64,000 bases of DNA from an uncultured Nitrososphaerales archaeon (GTDB lineage: Archaea > Thermoproteota > Nitrososphaeria > Nitrososphaerales > Nitrososphaeraceae), in the NCBI GenBank assembly GCA_963695855.1, contig CAVOHZ010000008.1, positions 256,001 to 320,000 on the forward strand, read 5' to 3'. The translations under genes and the position numbers were made by a program. Positions within the stretch are counted from its first letter, which is position 1, and each line of letters begins with the position of its first letter. This document shows, one piece after another, positions 10,002-21,485 of this stretch. The notes below the pieces were generated by a model. The model worked only from the letters and a program-made list of their open reading frames with translations. It ran no database searches and had not been told where the DNA came from.

Positions 10002-10288
10002 GTTCCTTTATTCTTCTTAGAATAGAAAAAGATTTTCCTCGTCTGAAAATGGAGATGGCTGTAAGAAAGAAACATAATTTTGAACATAAGAGAGTAAAGA
10101 CCAATAGAGTTATAAGGGACCATTTGGTAGTAACTTGAGTTACATAAATATGTTTAAATATATTGAAAACTATAAATTTTCGTTTAAAACATAAACTGAA
10201 AATATTATCAATAGGTCTAATGTTATAGTACAAAGAGATATTATTTAAGATTTACTTTAAATCTTAATAAAAATAAAGTTGAATTTTG

Positions 10289-11401
10289 CTACTTCAACAA
10301 TTTTTTAATGGTGTTTATTAATATCTTTCTATCAACGGGTTTTATCAATATTTGTTCCTTGGATAAACCAGGAACTATAGTTAATATTTCATCTGATATA
10401 TCTAAAACAGTTATAAAAAGAATTTTGATTGTTGGGTCTATTGATTTTATTTGTTGTTCTAATTGAAATCCATTCAAATCTTTCATTTTGATATCGAGTG
10501 TTACTAGTAGATCATTAAAATTTGGAAGATCTTTAATAAAATTCAATGCATTTGAGGAATTTGTAAAAGAAATTATTTCATAACCATCATCCTTTAAAAA
10601 TGATTCATAAGTAAAAAGTATATCTGGGTCATCATCGACTAAAATTATTCTTTTGTTATTGTTTCTTTGAAGAAGAAACGAATTGTATTTACTTTTAGTT
10701 TGTATAAAGTCGTCAGTAGAGGAACCTGACATTTGCTTCCTGAGAAAGTATGTAGTACTACTATCATCATCAAGAGACAAATTATTAACTTTTTTTATAC
10801 TATATGTAGGGTATGCAATTGTTTCGGTTATCATACATTCACCATTATTTATAAAATTATAATTGTTAGCAATATTAGAAAACGATTTTAAAATTCTATA
10901 AAAATTATCTCCAATAATTATTTGATTTGAAATAGACAGTGATGAATTTATCTTTGAACAGCGGTTTACAGTTGACCCGAATAAATCTATCTGGCTATAA
11001 TCACCAACTAAAGCTAAATCTAAAACACCAAAATCCATACTAATTTTATAGCTGAATGGGGGAAGATGCTGCTTGGACAATTCTTGATTAACAGTATGAC
11101 GGGAATCTAAGATTTTCAAGCCACATTCAATAACTTCTCTAAAAGCGTTTTCGTTTTTATTATCAGATGCTTTTGGAAAATATAATAATAAACAATCACC
11201 AATATTTTTAATAACTTTCCCACCATAATTTTTAACTATTTTAGATACTGAATTCATAAATTTAGAATAATACATTCTAATATGTTCTAAATTGTCCATT
11301 GTAATAGTATTTTTAGTCGAATCTACCAAATTAATAAAAACTACACAACTCTTCATTGAATCGCCAGAAAATCTTATTTCTTCTGAGGAAAAATTTTTCA
11401 T
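10289..11401 (-). CDS. Class III adenylate/guanylate cyclase domain fused to a C-terminal response-regulator receiver
   Basis: FINLVDSTK, KNIGDCLL, DLFGSTVNRCSKI; receiver ILVDDDPD, LDIKMKDLNGF, IKPV. Confidence 0.88.
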   Translation of the reverse strand: MKNFSSEEIRFSGDSMKSCVVFINLVDSTKNTITMDNLEHIRMYYSKFMNSVSKIVKNYGGKVIKNIGDCLLLYFPKASDNKNENAFREVIECGLKILDSRHTVNQELSKQHLPPFSYKISMDFGVLDLALVGDYSQIDLFGSTVNRCSKINSSLSISNQIIIGDNFYRILKSFSNIANNYNFINNGECMITETIAYPTYSIKKVNNLSLDDDSSTTYFLRKQMSGSSTDDFIQTKSKYNSFLLQRNNNKRIILVDDDPDILFTYESFLKDDGYEIISFTNSSNALNFIKDLPNFNDLLVTLDIKMKDLNGFQLEQQIKSIDPTIKILFITVLDISDEILTIVPGLSKEQILIKPVDRKILINTIKKLLK

Positions 11402-11889
11402 ATTATTTCACACGAAACTAAACAACTAATAATTTTTTAGAGTAGAATAAAAGGGGTAAAAAATTATTTAAAAAGCTAAAGAATTTTTGAATATTTAATG
11501 TTATATTTTCTATCAATTCTCTTTGATTGTATAAAAAATTATCTGTATCTTCTTTTATATTGTCATTTTGTTTTTTATTTACGTCTTTTAAGTTTGCCAT
11601 ATTAGTAACTAAATTTATTATAGTTTCTGCAACTTATAAACTATAGTTAAAAGTAAAAATTAGGTAAAATTATACTAAAATATATATAAAATAGATATTC
11701 TTTATTAGATTTCATATTACTAACAATTTACTTTTTTTTTTATCAAAAAAATTGAAATCATCTTTTTTCTTTATTCACGATAAGAGGGTGGGGTTTTTAG
11801 ATGACAACATACATATCCATACTGCGGTATAAGGTAGAATTTAGTTAAATTAAATATAACATTTTAACATGAAATATAATAATTAACAA

Positions 11890-12445
11890 ATGACTCATTT
11901 ATCTTTCCCAAACTTATTATGTAAATTAGTAAATTTAGGAGAACTTTCAATGGAAGATGCTAGAATTATAGTATCTTATGAGTCATGACATATCTAAATA
12001 TCTTTATGAAGTTTCACATCCCTATAAAATAGATAATGTATTAAAATTTATTAAATATAATTATGATGATTTTAGGTTACATAAATCAATAATCTTTGGT
12101 ATAAACTATAAAAACAAATCAGAACCAATTCAGTTACTAGCGAAAACTATAGGTAATAAAGATATTGGCTATGTTTACAAAAAAAGCAAATATAGGATAT
12201 TGGATTGGTAAACAATATCAAGGTAAACGCTTGACAACAAGATGTGTAAAGCTAGTTGTTAACTATGGATTTGACATATTAAAATTGATAGCAATTTCAG
12301 TTTATTTCTTTACTCAAAATAAAGCTTGCATAAGAGTTTCGGTAAAAAAATAAGTTTGTAAAGACAGAAGGGGTAAAGGAATATCATCCTCTGTCAAATA
12401 GGAACAGAAAATCTTTAGTTTATACAATAAAAAATAAGAAATGAT
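11890..12445 (+). pseudogene. RimJ/RimL-type GNAT acetyltransferase, frameshifted
   Basis: Overlapping ORFs 11978-12211 and 12165-12353; ANIGYWIGKQYQGK...VVNYGFDILKL. Confidence 0.75.
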
Positions 12446-12497
12446 AAATTCCATTGAACGTAACTTTATACCTATATCAAGACCAGTCTATCATTGA

Positions 12498-12560
12498 TAA
12501 TACCGATAGAGGTACAAAAATAAGAGTCTACTGTATGGTAATAAATAAGATAATATTTAA
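12498..12560 (+). repeat. att-like arm A copy
   Basis: TAATACCGATAGAGGTACAAAAATAAGAGTCTACTGTATGGTA. Confidence 0.85.
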
Positions 12561-12727
12561 CAATTACTTTTGAACAATTATAAAAGTTTGAATTCTCTAA
12601 ATTTAGAAATAAGAAGAAAGAAGAAAATATTAAAATTAAAATAAGAAATTAAAATTTCAGGTATTTCTTGTTTTGAATTTCTTGTTTTGAAGTCTTGACA
12701 ATTAGTTAATCCTAGGCGTGATATACA

Positions 12728-12766
12728 GGAAGTAATACTGATAGCGGTTCTAAAATAAGAGTCCAA
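12728..12766 (+). repeat. att-like arm A copy (degenerate)
   Basis: GGAAGTAATACTGATAGCGGTTCTAAAATAAGAGTCCAA. Confidence 0.8.
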
Positions 12767-13232
12767 GTTTATAGTAAAAGCGAAATGATTTAAGTTTATC
12801 TGAATTTTAAAATTAAAATTAGTGAAGTAAAAAGTATTTTTTATTGAAAACAGAATTTATTTCAGTAAACTATATTTTTTTTGAACTTCTGCTAAAACTT
12901 TTTCTACTGTAGTTCCTATTATTTTACTAAAGGTGGCTAAATGAGTAAACATTACTATGGTTTCAACCGTTTTAGGTAAAACCATCATTAATTTATGACT
13001 AGTTTACGGTACCCGTTTTATAGATTTATATTTCTAACTCAGTTCTAATCTATCTTGGTTATCTTTTTTTGGAGTTAGAACCTTCTAAAATTCAATATTT
13101 TTGGAAATAATTGTAAAAATCTTATTTTAATGCATTTTTAAATCAAATACAATTAAGGTTTATCTTTTGGGAAACATTTTATCAAATAAATTTCTCTAAA
13201 TATTTGGAATTATAATTGTTCAAAATAAAAAA

Positions 13233-13466
13233 TTAGGGTTTAATTTTATTTTTCTGTAAATCTCCATAATCTTTGAGCAAAAATACTTCTCCTCCATTAA
13301 ATCCTTCAACATCGTTTTTTGACACTTTATATTCATAGCGACCATCATGTATTGTAACAATATCTCCTTCTACACAAATGACATTTCCAACATCTTGATT
13401 ATCTTTTGAACGTACAGGTTTGAGTATTATTTTATCCCAATTGTATACTGCTGGTTCAGACGACAT
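13233..13466 (-). CDS. Small PRC-barrel/DUF2171-like hypothetical protein
   Basis: MSSEPAVYNWDKIILKPVRSKDNQDVGNV...YKVSKNDVEGFNGGEVFL. Confidence 0.55.
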   Translation of the reverse strand: MSSEPAVYNWDKIILKPVRSKDNQDVGNVICVEGDIVTIHDGRYEYKVSKNDVEGFNGGEVFLLKDYGDLQKNKIKP

Positions 13467-13623
13467 GTCAACATATATTACGTAAATCAACTATTTAAGA
13501 TTTATTAGATTTAAAATTCTTATTGTTATATGAATATTCGTTTTAATACGTTACCTCTTCTCATGTTTATTTTTATTGATTTTGTCTTATCTATAAATAA
13601 TCAATTTAATTATTATAATTTAC

Positions 13624-14636
13624 TGCCTTGTTGCACAACTCGTTCTTCCCAACACATTTAGCTAACCAATTCTAGTCATATTATGTGAACTGGAGAAATT
13701 ACAACGAGTCTCTTGTTAAACGTGGCGAGGTATTACTGGATTTTGATATTATTGATAACTGGAATACAGAATTAGAGGAGATGAATAAGGACAAGGAAGG
13801 TAGAAAATTCGTATATCCAGATTCATTGATCAAGTTATTGGGATACATGAGAGCATATTTTCACTTACCTTACAGACAAACAGAAGGCGTAGTTAGGGAA
13901 CATGCTTCAAACACACTACCATCTATTCCAGATTATAGTAACATTAGTAGAAGAATAAACAGACTAGATATCAAGATTATTGATGATGATATAACCAAAT
14001 CTAACTTGCATGATGATAATTTTGTAATTGCAATTGATGCTACTGGAATCAAAGTATCAAACACAGGAGAATGGATTAGACATAAGTGGAATGTGAAGAA
14101 AGGCTATCTAAAGATACATTTAGCAGTCGACATAAAAAAGAAGAGAATTTTATCATTACATGTAACCAGTGAACAAGTACATGATGGAAAAGTACTGCCT
14201 GATCTGGTAGATGATATAACAATAAAACAGAACAAGGAAATCGATATGACTATCGCAGACGGAGCCTATGACAATAACAATAATTTTCGATTTCTATCAT
14301 TTAAGGGAATTGAACCTGCAATCAAGGTAAGAAAGAATTCCAAGTGGAGAAAGACCAATCACTATCTCAGAAACAAGACTGTAAAGATGCAGAAAGATCA
14401 CTTTGATAAATGGAAAGATAGCGTGAGCTATGGCAAGAGATGGATTGCAGAAACTGTCTTTTCCTGTATCAAGAGGATGTTCGGAGAATATGTTACTGCT
14501 ATCAGATTCGACAACATGATAAAGGAGATAATGCTGAAAGTATCGTTGTATAACTGGTTTCAGAGCATAACTGTCAGATAAACATCATGTAAACTAGAAT
14601 AAGAAAGATTGTTTAAAACGAGTTGTGCAACAGAGC
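13624..14636 (+). mobile_element. Intact IS5-family (IS903-like) element; transposase 13685-14581
   Basis: NWRNYNESLVKRG, AIDATG, ADGAYD, RWIAETVFS; 20-bp inverted repeats matching 18/20; target duplication ATAATTTAC at 13615-13623 and 14637-14645. Confidence 0.93.
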
Positions 14637-14652
14637 ATAATTTACCCCAAGT

Positions 14653-15471
14653 ATATCCCAAAAATAGATAAGAATATAGATTATTGGTCGCTCATCATAT
14701 CTAATAATTTTTAAGAATAAAAAGTATCTTAGAACAATTATATATCTATTCCAGACGTTCTATGGAATGAAATTAAAAATATTTTACCTGATGCCAAACC
14801 AAATATACAATAGGTCGTCCAATTGTTCCATACAGAAAAGTATTTGATGGTATCATGTTTATCCTGAGAACTGGATGTCAATGGAAAATGTTACCCAAAG
14901 AATATGGATCTGGTTCTACCTGTCATAGAAGATGTCAAGAATGGAGAGAATCAGGTATATTTGATAAATTATGGAGCAGATTGTTAAAAATATATGATTT
15001 AAAGAAAGGAATAAAATGGAACTAGCAGTCACTTGATAGCATCTCTATAAAATCACCTTTAGGGGGGCGATGACAGGTCATAATCCTACTGCTAATGGAA
15101 GTAAATTAGGTAGTAAAAGACATATTTTAACAGATAAAGATGGCATTCCCCTTTCAACTGTTATAACATCTGCAAATACTCACGATGTTACTACTGTTGC
15201 AACAAATACAATTGATAATATTGTTATCAAGAGATCGTCATCAATAACAAAATACAGAAACAAGAAGAAGAAACAGAATCTATATCTTGACAGTGTATAT
15301 CATTCCAAGGAAAAAGAACAAGAAGTTATCAAAAGAGTATATATTCCACATATACAACACAGAAGAGAAGAAAAGAAATACAGCAATAGACATCCTGCAG
15401 TAAGAAGATGGGTGGTAGAGAGAACAAATTCTTGGCATAACAGATTCAGAAAATTATTTATTTCTTGTTAA
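14653..15471 (+). pseudogene. Two-ORF IS5-family element, decayed and 3'-truncated
   Basis: orfA LRTGCQWKMLPKEYGSGSTCHRR; orfB MTGHNPT...KRHILTDKDGIPLS...RWVVERTNSW. Confidence 0.85.
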
Positions 15472-15814
15472 ACTCGTAAGAATGATTTTTCTTAAAATGG
15501 ATATCTTTGTACCAAGCACAATTATTACAAACCCAAGTATTCGAACGAGAATATTATCTGGTCTATCTGACGTACCTGATTGACCTATATTATTTGGATG
15601 CGGGATTATTAATTTTTGGGACCTCATTTTTTAGTATAGAACTTGGAATAACATTCATTATAGTTTTTTGGATATTGTTGTTTTTGTTCTTCTACTCATT
15701 GTATTATTTTCTCTAACTGTTGTCATATGTTTATTCCCTCTATCTTAAGTGCCCTTGAATCAACTTTTAAATGAAATACAATGATTGATTTCAACTACAT
15801 ATAAATTCATAAAT

Positions 15815-15940
15815 TAGATGCGCCCTAGAAAACTACTGGCCCGTCGGGACTGGAATGCTCCATGTTGTAGGGTTCTATTATACTACCGTGTATTTACCTT
15901 TTATTATAGAAAATTATTTTTCAATTATTTTGAAAATTTA
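15815..15940 (+). repeat. att-like site: left arm, core and arm B
   Basis: TAGATGCGCCCTAGAAAACTACTGGCCCGTCGGGACTGGAATGCTCCATGTTGTAGGGTTCTATT... Confidence 0.85.
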
Positions 15941-16057
15941 TAATATACTAAATTAATAATCCCATATTAAGATTGTTTACTTGTAACTACATAATTATCA
16001 ATTTAATTGAAACGAATCCTTAAAATCTTAAAGACGTTATGTTATTGTCAATAACAT

Positions 16058-16870
16058 TTGCCTTCAAAAGAAAAGACTGCACATAGATTAACACTAAAAT
16101 ATTTTGTTTTCTCAATGATAATAGTTATAATAATTGCAAATGCTAATGTAATATTTTCAGAAGCATATAGTAAGCATTTTGTTTCTCTTTTGATATTAAA
16201 TATAACTGCGGCTACTGCTTCGATTTTAGGTATTATCGCTATCTGTAGATACGGATTTCATGGACTTCATGGTAAATCATATTTGTTTCTTACACTTGGT
16301 CTTATAGTGTGGTTTTCGGCTGATTTTACACTTTTATATGATTATTATGCATTGGGAATAGAAGAACAAAGATTTGTAACTATTACGGATGCTTTATGGT
16401 TTGCTGGATATGGATTTCTTGCTCTACATTTGTTTATAATATTACACTCTTTACGTATTAAAATAAAATCCAAAATTGTTATTATAGTATCAATTATTAC
16501 AATGCTCTTTATTAGTTATAATTTAGTTAATCTTCTTTCTTATGATTCTAACATTGAAAATGATTTTATAGCTCTCATCGTAACCCTTTTGTATCCTATT
16601 TTAGATTTTATATTAATTATACCTTCTTTAATAATCCTTTTAATCTTACGTAAAGATTATGAGTACAATATCCCTTGGTTTCTTTCTTCATTGTCATTAT
16701 TAGTAAATGCAATAGCGGATGATGGATATGTTAATGATTTTGTAGCAAGCAATTCAGAAAATCTTTGGTTTTGGGAACTATTCTATATAACAGATTTTAT
16801 TATAATGTCAGGGGCTTTATTTTGGTATAATAAATTCCATATTTCGAATGCTTTAAGAAATGTAAAATAG
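16058..16870 (+). CDS. Polytopic membrane protein (about 7 TM, sensor-like)
   Basis: 270 aa with multiple hydrophobic segments, DALWFAGY and YPILD motifs. Confidence 0.75.
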   Translation: MPSKEKTAHRLTLKYFVFSMIIVIIIANANVIFSEAYSKHFVSLLILNITAATASILGIIAICRYGFHGLHGKSYLFLTLGLIVWFSADFTLLYDYYALGIEEQRFVTITDALWFAGYGFLALHLFIILHSLRIKIKSKIVIIVSIITMLFISYNLVNLLSYDSNIENDFIALIVTLLYPILDFILIIPSLIILLILRKDYEYNIPWFLSSLSLLVNAIADDGYVNDFVASNSENLWFWELFYITDFIIMSGALFWYNKFHISNALRNVK

Positions 16871-17005
16871 AGTAATGATCATAAATTAAATAACTATACC
16901 TGTAAAAATATTTATTAGTATTTTTTTTATGTATTTAATCTATAGCTAATGTACCTTATACGTTCGAATGAAATAACTACAAACATGAGTATTCGCCATC
17001 AAAAT

Positions 17006-17060
17006 TAATACCGATAACTGTGCGAAAATAAGTGTCTAACGTCGTACTACTATGAATAAT
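17006..17060 (+). repeat. att-like arm A copy (degenerate)
   Basis: TAATACCGATAACTGTGCGAAAATAAGTGTCTAAC. Confidence 0.8.
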
Positions 17061-17143
17061 TCAAACTTATTTGTTACAATATAATAAGGAATGAAATTTT
17101 GGATTAAAAAAATTATGAAAGATATAGAAAGACAAGAAGGTTA

Positions 17144-17400
17144 TCAATAACTTCCTTTTTGTTTACTGGGATCATAGAGAACTTTGTTATTTACTGCAAC
17201 TTTATCCGTTACTGGTTCTCTATAATTAAGTATTATTTTCATGGATGATTCTTCATCTATAATAGTACTGGTAGTAGTATTGCCAGAAAATGATGGGCTA
17301 TGATCTTGTTGATTTCTATCCTTCAATTCATCTTCTACCAAATTTTTTATTTGAATTTCACAATCACTGTTTTGTTTAGACGTTTTTTATAATCTTATAT
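17144..17400 (-). pseudogene. Internally deleted paralog of the ATP-cone gene 2738-3361
   Basis: VEDELKDRNQQDHSP...REPVTDKVAVN matches the C-terminus of 2738-3361; both flanks also homologous. Confidence 0.8.
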
Positions 17401-17608
17401 ATATTATTATGAATAATAGTAATCCAATACAAATTTGAGTATTTTCAAAACTTTTAAATATAATATATTACTAAATATTAGTCTCCTAATTTAAAGACAA
17501 ACTGACTTTTTATTTTAAGTAATAACAGTATAATTGAAATTGTAGTAAAATCCTCTAAGAGAATATCCTGCCTGTAATTTTACTATCAAGTTCCCATACA
17601 AACAAATG

Positions 17609-18547
17609 TTATTTCGTTGTATAAACTTTGTATAGCGAATTAGTTTCCAGATCAATATATTTCCATTCGGTTTCTTTTATCTGTATTTCTTGAAATTCTG
17701 ATAGTATTGTAGGATGTAGCAATTTATATACATTATTTCCAACAGAAATTTTGTTTGGTCCTGTCAAGGATTCCTCCATCTCTGCTGCTACATTCATAGG
17801 ATATCCTATCAGATCAATAGGTGCGCTTTTATCATATCCATATTGTATAGCTAAATTCTCTCCCTCATCTATTGCTATTTTAACAGCTAATTTTGGATAA
17901 TTATCTTTATCTTTTTCTAAAATTGGATTAATACCATTTTCTATTACGTTAATCATTGATTTAGCACATTGGAATGCGGTATCACAAGATAGATACTTAT
18001 TAAATCCACTTGGAAAGAACGCAATAACTGCATCTCCTACGTACTTTAACACAAATCCATTATAACTTTCAACAACGGAAGAAAGTTCATGAGAAAAGGC
18101 TTTGATTATCTTTGCCATTCTTTCGACTGGTAAAACCATACTCATCTTTGTTGAACCTACTAAATCAGCGTACATTACAACAAGAGAAAGTTTAGAATCA
18201 ACGTGATTGAGAAGAAAGTCTTGTCCTCTCTTTATTGATGTATTGTATTGATAACGCTCATGTAAAACACTCCAAAGCCTTTCTTGTCTTTGTGATAGTA
18301 ATGTTTGTAAATCATAGATGATTCTATTTTCAATAGATGATAATGTATTTCTATTAGTATACGTGTCTGTATTGCTATTATTTCTATCAATCATTCTTTC
18401 TATTATTTTTTCTTTAATGTGCTCATCATCTTGATTATTCTCTATATCTATTGATTTTTCTTCTTTTATGTTGTCACTTTTACGTTTGGGATTAATACTA
18501 ACATCTTTTTCATGACTTTCATTTTCTTTATCTTTATCTTCTCCCAA
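17609..18547 (-). CDS. Class III adenylate/guanylate cyclase
   Basis: VMYADLVGSTK, LKYVGDAVIAFF, DLIGYPMNVAA. Confidence 0.9.
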   Translation of the reverse strand: MGEDKDKENESHEKDVSINPKRKSDNIKEEKSIDIENNQDDEHIKEKIIERMIDRNNSNTDTYTNRNTLSSIENRIIYDLQTLLSQRQERLWSVLHERYQYNTSIKRGQDFLLNHVDSKLSLVVMYADLVGSTKMSMVLPVERMAKIIKAFSHELSSVVESYNGFVLKYVGDAVIAFFPSGFNKYLSCDTAFQCAKSMINVIENGINPILEKDKDNYPKLAVKIAIDEGENLAIQYGYDKSAPIDLIGYPMNVAAEMEESLTGPNKISVGNNVYKLLHPTILSEFQEIQIKETEWKYIDLETNSLYKVYTTK

Positions 18548-19015
18548 AGACCTTAATTAAATCAGGTAATTATTTAATTTAACTATTTCGATGACAGTGA
18601 AAGAATAAGATAAGGTCTTTTTCTTTCATTTTTATAGGGATTGATATTACGTAATAGATACATTAATGGAATGAGAATACTAAGAATTGTTTACAGATAC
18701 TGAAGAATTGCTAAATTCTTTAATATGTTTCATACTTATATATTACTATGTGACTTTATATCGTGACTTGTGTTCAGATTTGGTAAAATCCTTTAAAATA
18801 TCAGAAGGATTCTCTTAATTCAAAACCCATTTTTAAAAGTCAAAGTGAATTAATCCAATTTGCTATTCCGTATTGAAGAACAACAAATCAATGGTTCTGA
18901 AACTATAGTATCATATTAACAATTGCTATATAATCTGTGTCATATTTAGTTACTGATTAGTCACCAACTATTGAAGATTCTTCAGTTGTTACCATACCTT
19001 AGATTTTAAAATTAA

Positions 19016-19276
19016 TTAGTTATTTTTGATGGTATTTTGTAATAATTCTCCCATTTCGTTATGCATTTTAAGAAAGTTTAATCCTTTTTCTGTGGTCTTG
19101 AATGTGTGAGTTCCATCAATATAATCTATTAGCTTGTATTCTATCAAAATAGAAAGATACTCTTTTAATTGAATATAACTTACAAAAGCTATGTACATAA
19201 TTTTTGTCTTGGTTGCCCCTCCATTTGCCGCATCAAGTATATTACAAACTATTTCTGTTCTGCTTCTATTTGCCAT
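19016..19276 (-). CDS. Winged-helix transcriptional regulator, paralog of 6431-6691
   Basis: MANRSRTEIVCNILDAANGGATKTKIMY... Confidence 0.85.
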   Translation of the reverse strand: MANRSRTEIVCNILDAANGGATKTKIMYIAFVSYIQLKEYLSILIEYKLIDYIDGTHTFKTTEKGLNFLKMHNEMGELLQNTIKNN

Positions 19277-19502
19277 ATTATTGATAAGGAATTTACTTAT
19301 TTTAGTATAACGTCACATGAAGAGGTAAGCTAATTACAGAAAAACATTCCACATATTATTTGCAATAAAAAAATATAAGAAATATTCATGACTTTGCTCA
19401 AAATTGTATTATGGAATAGTTATCCTATTTAAATTTGTCAACAATTCATTATATGGATTGTTTATTTTTAAATATAATTTTAGATGTATATAAAATAATA
19501 GG

Positions 19503-19690
19503 AGGTAGAGTCCTGCATATAGTATGGTTCTATTACCTTGTATTTAGCTTTTATTATTGAAAACTTATTTTAAGTTTATTTTGAAAGATTAAGGTATGTG
19601 AATTCGTTAGAAATTTGAATGAGGGAGTAATACCGATAGCGGTGCGAAAATAAGAGTCTAATCATGTAGTATAATGGATAATATTTATGA
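19503..19690 (+). repeat. Degenerate arm B (19503-19590) followed by partial core plus arm A (19623-19690)
   Basis: TAGTATGGTTCTATTACCTTGTATTTAGCTTTTATTATT; GGGAGTAATACCGATAGCGGTGCGAAAATAAGAGTCTAAT. Confidence 0.85.
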
Positions 19691-19693
19691 TTA

Positions 19694-20083
19694 TTACTCT
19701 ACACATATTCCTGGAACATGGACCTTCTTGAATAAATGTAGTGAAACTACTAAACTATCGTCATTATATTTTAAAAGTGACGACTGTGTTTCAGAACTAA
19801 ACAATATTTTGTTAACCGCTTCCTTATAATGCTCTATCGATTCCCAAAATGCATAATTAATGAATACACTACTTTTTCCAATCCCTTTGTACAATTGTGT
19901 GAAAATAAATCCTGGTTGCTGTTTAAAGTTAGTAGCATCTTCTGCCCAATCCTTTAAAAACTGTTTAACCTTATCTGGTTCTACATTGAATCTGTTTATC
20001 AGAATTACAGAGCCTTCTATTTCTTTTTCTTCAATCTGATCCTTAAATTTTGCTCTCTCGTCCATTTCAATAAATTTTACCAT
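19694..20083 (-). CDS. Antibiotic biosynthesis monooxygenase (ABM) domain protein
   Basis: ILINRFNVEPDKVKQFLKDW...QPGFIFTQLYKG...FINYAFWES. Confidence 0.85.
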   Translation of the reverse strand: MVKFIEMDERAKFKDQIEEKEIEGSVILINRFNVEPDKVKQFLKDWAEDATNFKQQPGFIFTQLYKGIGKSSVFINYAFWESIEHYKEAVNKILFSSETQSSLLKYNDDSLVVSLHLFKKVHVPGICVE

Positions 20084-20283
20084 AGCATTACAATATAGTA
20101 GTTACAAAGGGAATAAACGATTTCTTTTTTACGACGAGGACAGAAATACTATTGGGTTACTACTGAGGATAAGATAGAGGGAGTTAAAAGAAAGTCGTTT
20201 TTTTACAGAAACTAAATTATTAATCTTCGTACTATTAGATTGTACTATTAGAATTTATTAAATAAAAATATACTTATACATAT

Positions 20284-20685
20284 ATGTCGTCGTCAAATGT
20301 TAACGATAATAAAAATTCCCTTTACAATTTTACCAAAATTATATTGAATTCCCACAAGTCTATAAGATGGGTAGGAATAACTAATCATAATGGTACTATT
20401 CTAAATCAAAGAACTAGAAAAGGACTAAAACTCTTTCTTACCGAAGAAGAAAATAACGAATTTGCAAAAAATTCAATAATTAGACATAAAGCAAGATTAA
20501 AATTTGAATCAAAAATGGGTAAATTAATCTATGCATTTAGGAGATATGAAAACATGAGTAGATGCCTAATTCCAATCAATAAAAGTTATTACCTATTTTT
20601 TACTATGGATTTTGAGGAAAGTAATTTTGATAATATAATAATGGAAAAAATTATTCTTTTAATTAAGAAAGAGGGCAAATTTTAA
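20284..20685 (+). CDS. Thaumarchaeal roadblock-like protein (DUF6659-like)
   Basis: SIRWVGITNHNG...RKGLKLFLTEEE...MGKLIYAFRRYE. Confidence 0.7.
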   Translation: MSSSNVNDNKNSLYNFTKIILNSHKSIRWVGITNHNGTILNQRTRKGLKLFLTEEENNEFAKNSIIRHKARLKFESKMGKLIYAFRRYENMSRCLIPINKSYYLFFTMDFEESNFDNIIMEKIILLIKKEGKF

Positions 20686-20755
20686 AACATTTAAAAATGC
20701 TTTAAAACTACTTGGTATAGATATAATATAACTTGTTAATTGACAAATAAAATAG

Positions 20756-20778
20756 TAACTAACTAACTAACTAACTAA
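20756..20778. repeat. (TAAC)n microsatellite
   Basis: TAACTAACTAACTAACTAACTAA. Confidence 0.85.
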
Positions 20779-20813
20779 AAGAAAAAAATATACTTCTTAC
20801 TGTAATCTATCTT

Positions 20814-21040
20814 TTAAATCTCTTTTATTTGCCAGATATTACCACATTTTACATTATATTTTTCATGATGTTTAATTATTGCTTCTTCATTGGGTGCATC
20901 TACCATACAAAAAATTATCCCTGCTTCAACATTGTATAAAATTTTGTCAACTTTTATACCATATTCATCTCTAGGTAACTCTTTGGCTGTTTTTAAAATA
21001 TCTTCATCTATCTCTGTCTTTAAATGCAGATGGAAGATAA
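20814..21040 (-). pseudogene. DUF4242/SCO4226-like metal-binding protein, 5' end damaged
   Basis: Manual translation: LPRDEYGIKVDKILYNVEAGIIFCMVDAPNEEAIIKHHEKYNVKC. Confidence 0.65.
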
Positions 21041-21044
21041 ACTG

Positions 21045-21405
21045 GAATTAAACTTTCTTTATTGTCAGCAAAATATTTCAGTACATATCTTGATCTGCAA
21101 TGTTGTTTTGTCTTATCCAGTCTAGGTGACATTTTAGAAATTTTCTATGTATTTTTTTGGATAGTCTAAAAAGCTATCTTCATTAAACCAGTCATACTGT
21201 CTCTATAATTGTTTTCCTTCCAGACTTGTAGCCAAATAGAACTGTCCCCTGATGATATCCAGTAATCCTTACAATTGGTCTTCATCTTTCTTTATCCATA
21301 CTCTTACAAGAGAATCAAAGAAGAAAAATGATTCATCAGTACATACTACCGTGAATCCGTCTTGGAGATTATCCAGTATCTTTGTAGCTCTTTTTTAAAA
21401 TGTTC
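21045..21405 (-). pseudogene. IS630-family orfB fragment
   Basis: Inverted homolog of about 30640-30990. Confidence 0.75.
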
Positions 21406-21485
21406 TTATAGATTAAGATTTATGGCGAGATAAAGAATTGAATCTTTAAATATTATTAGTCATCATTAAATACTAAATTCTAAAA

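Noticed and set aside
9907-10233. 108-aa minus-strand ORF
   Set aside because: The paralogous locus has a stop in this frame, whereas the nested 34-codon frame is conserved.
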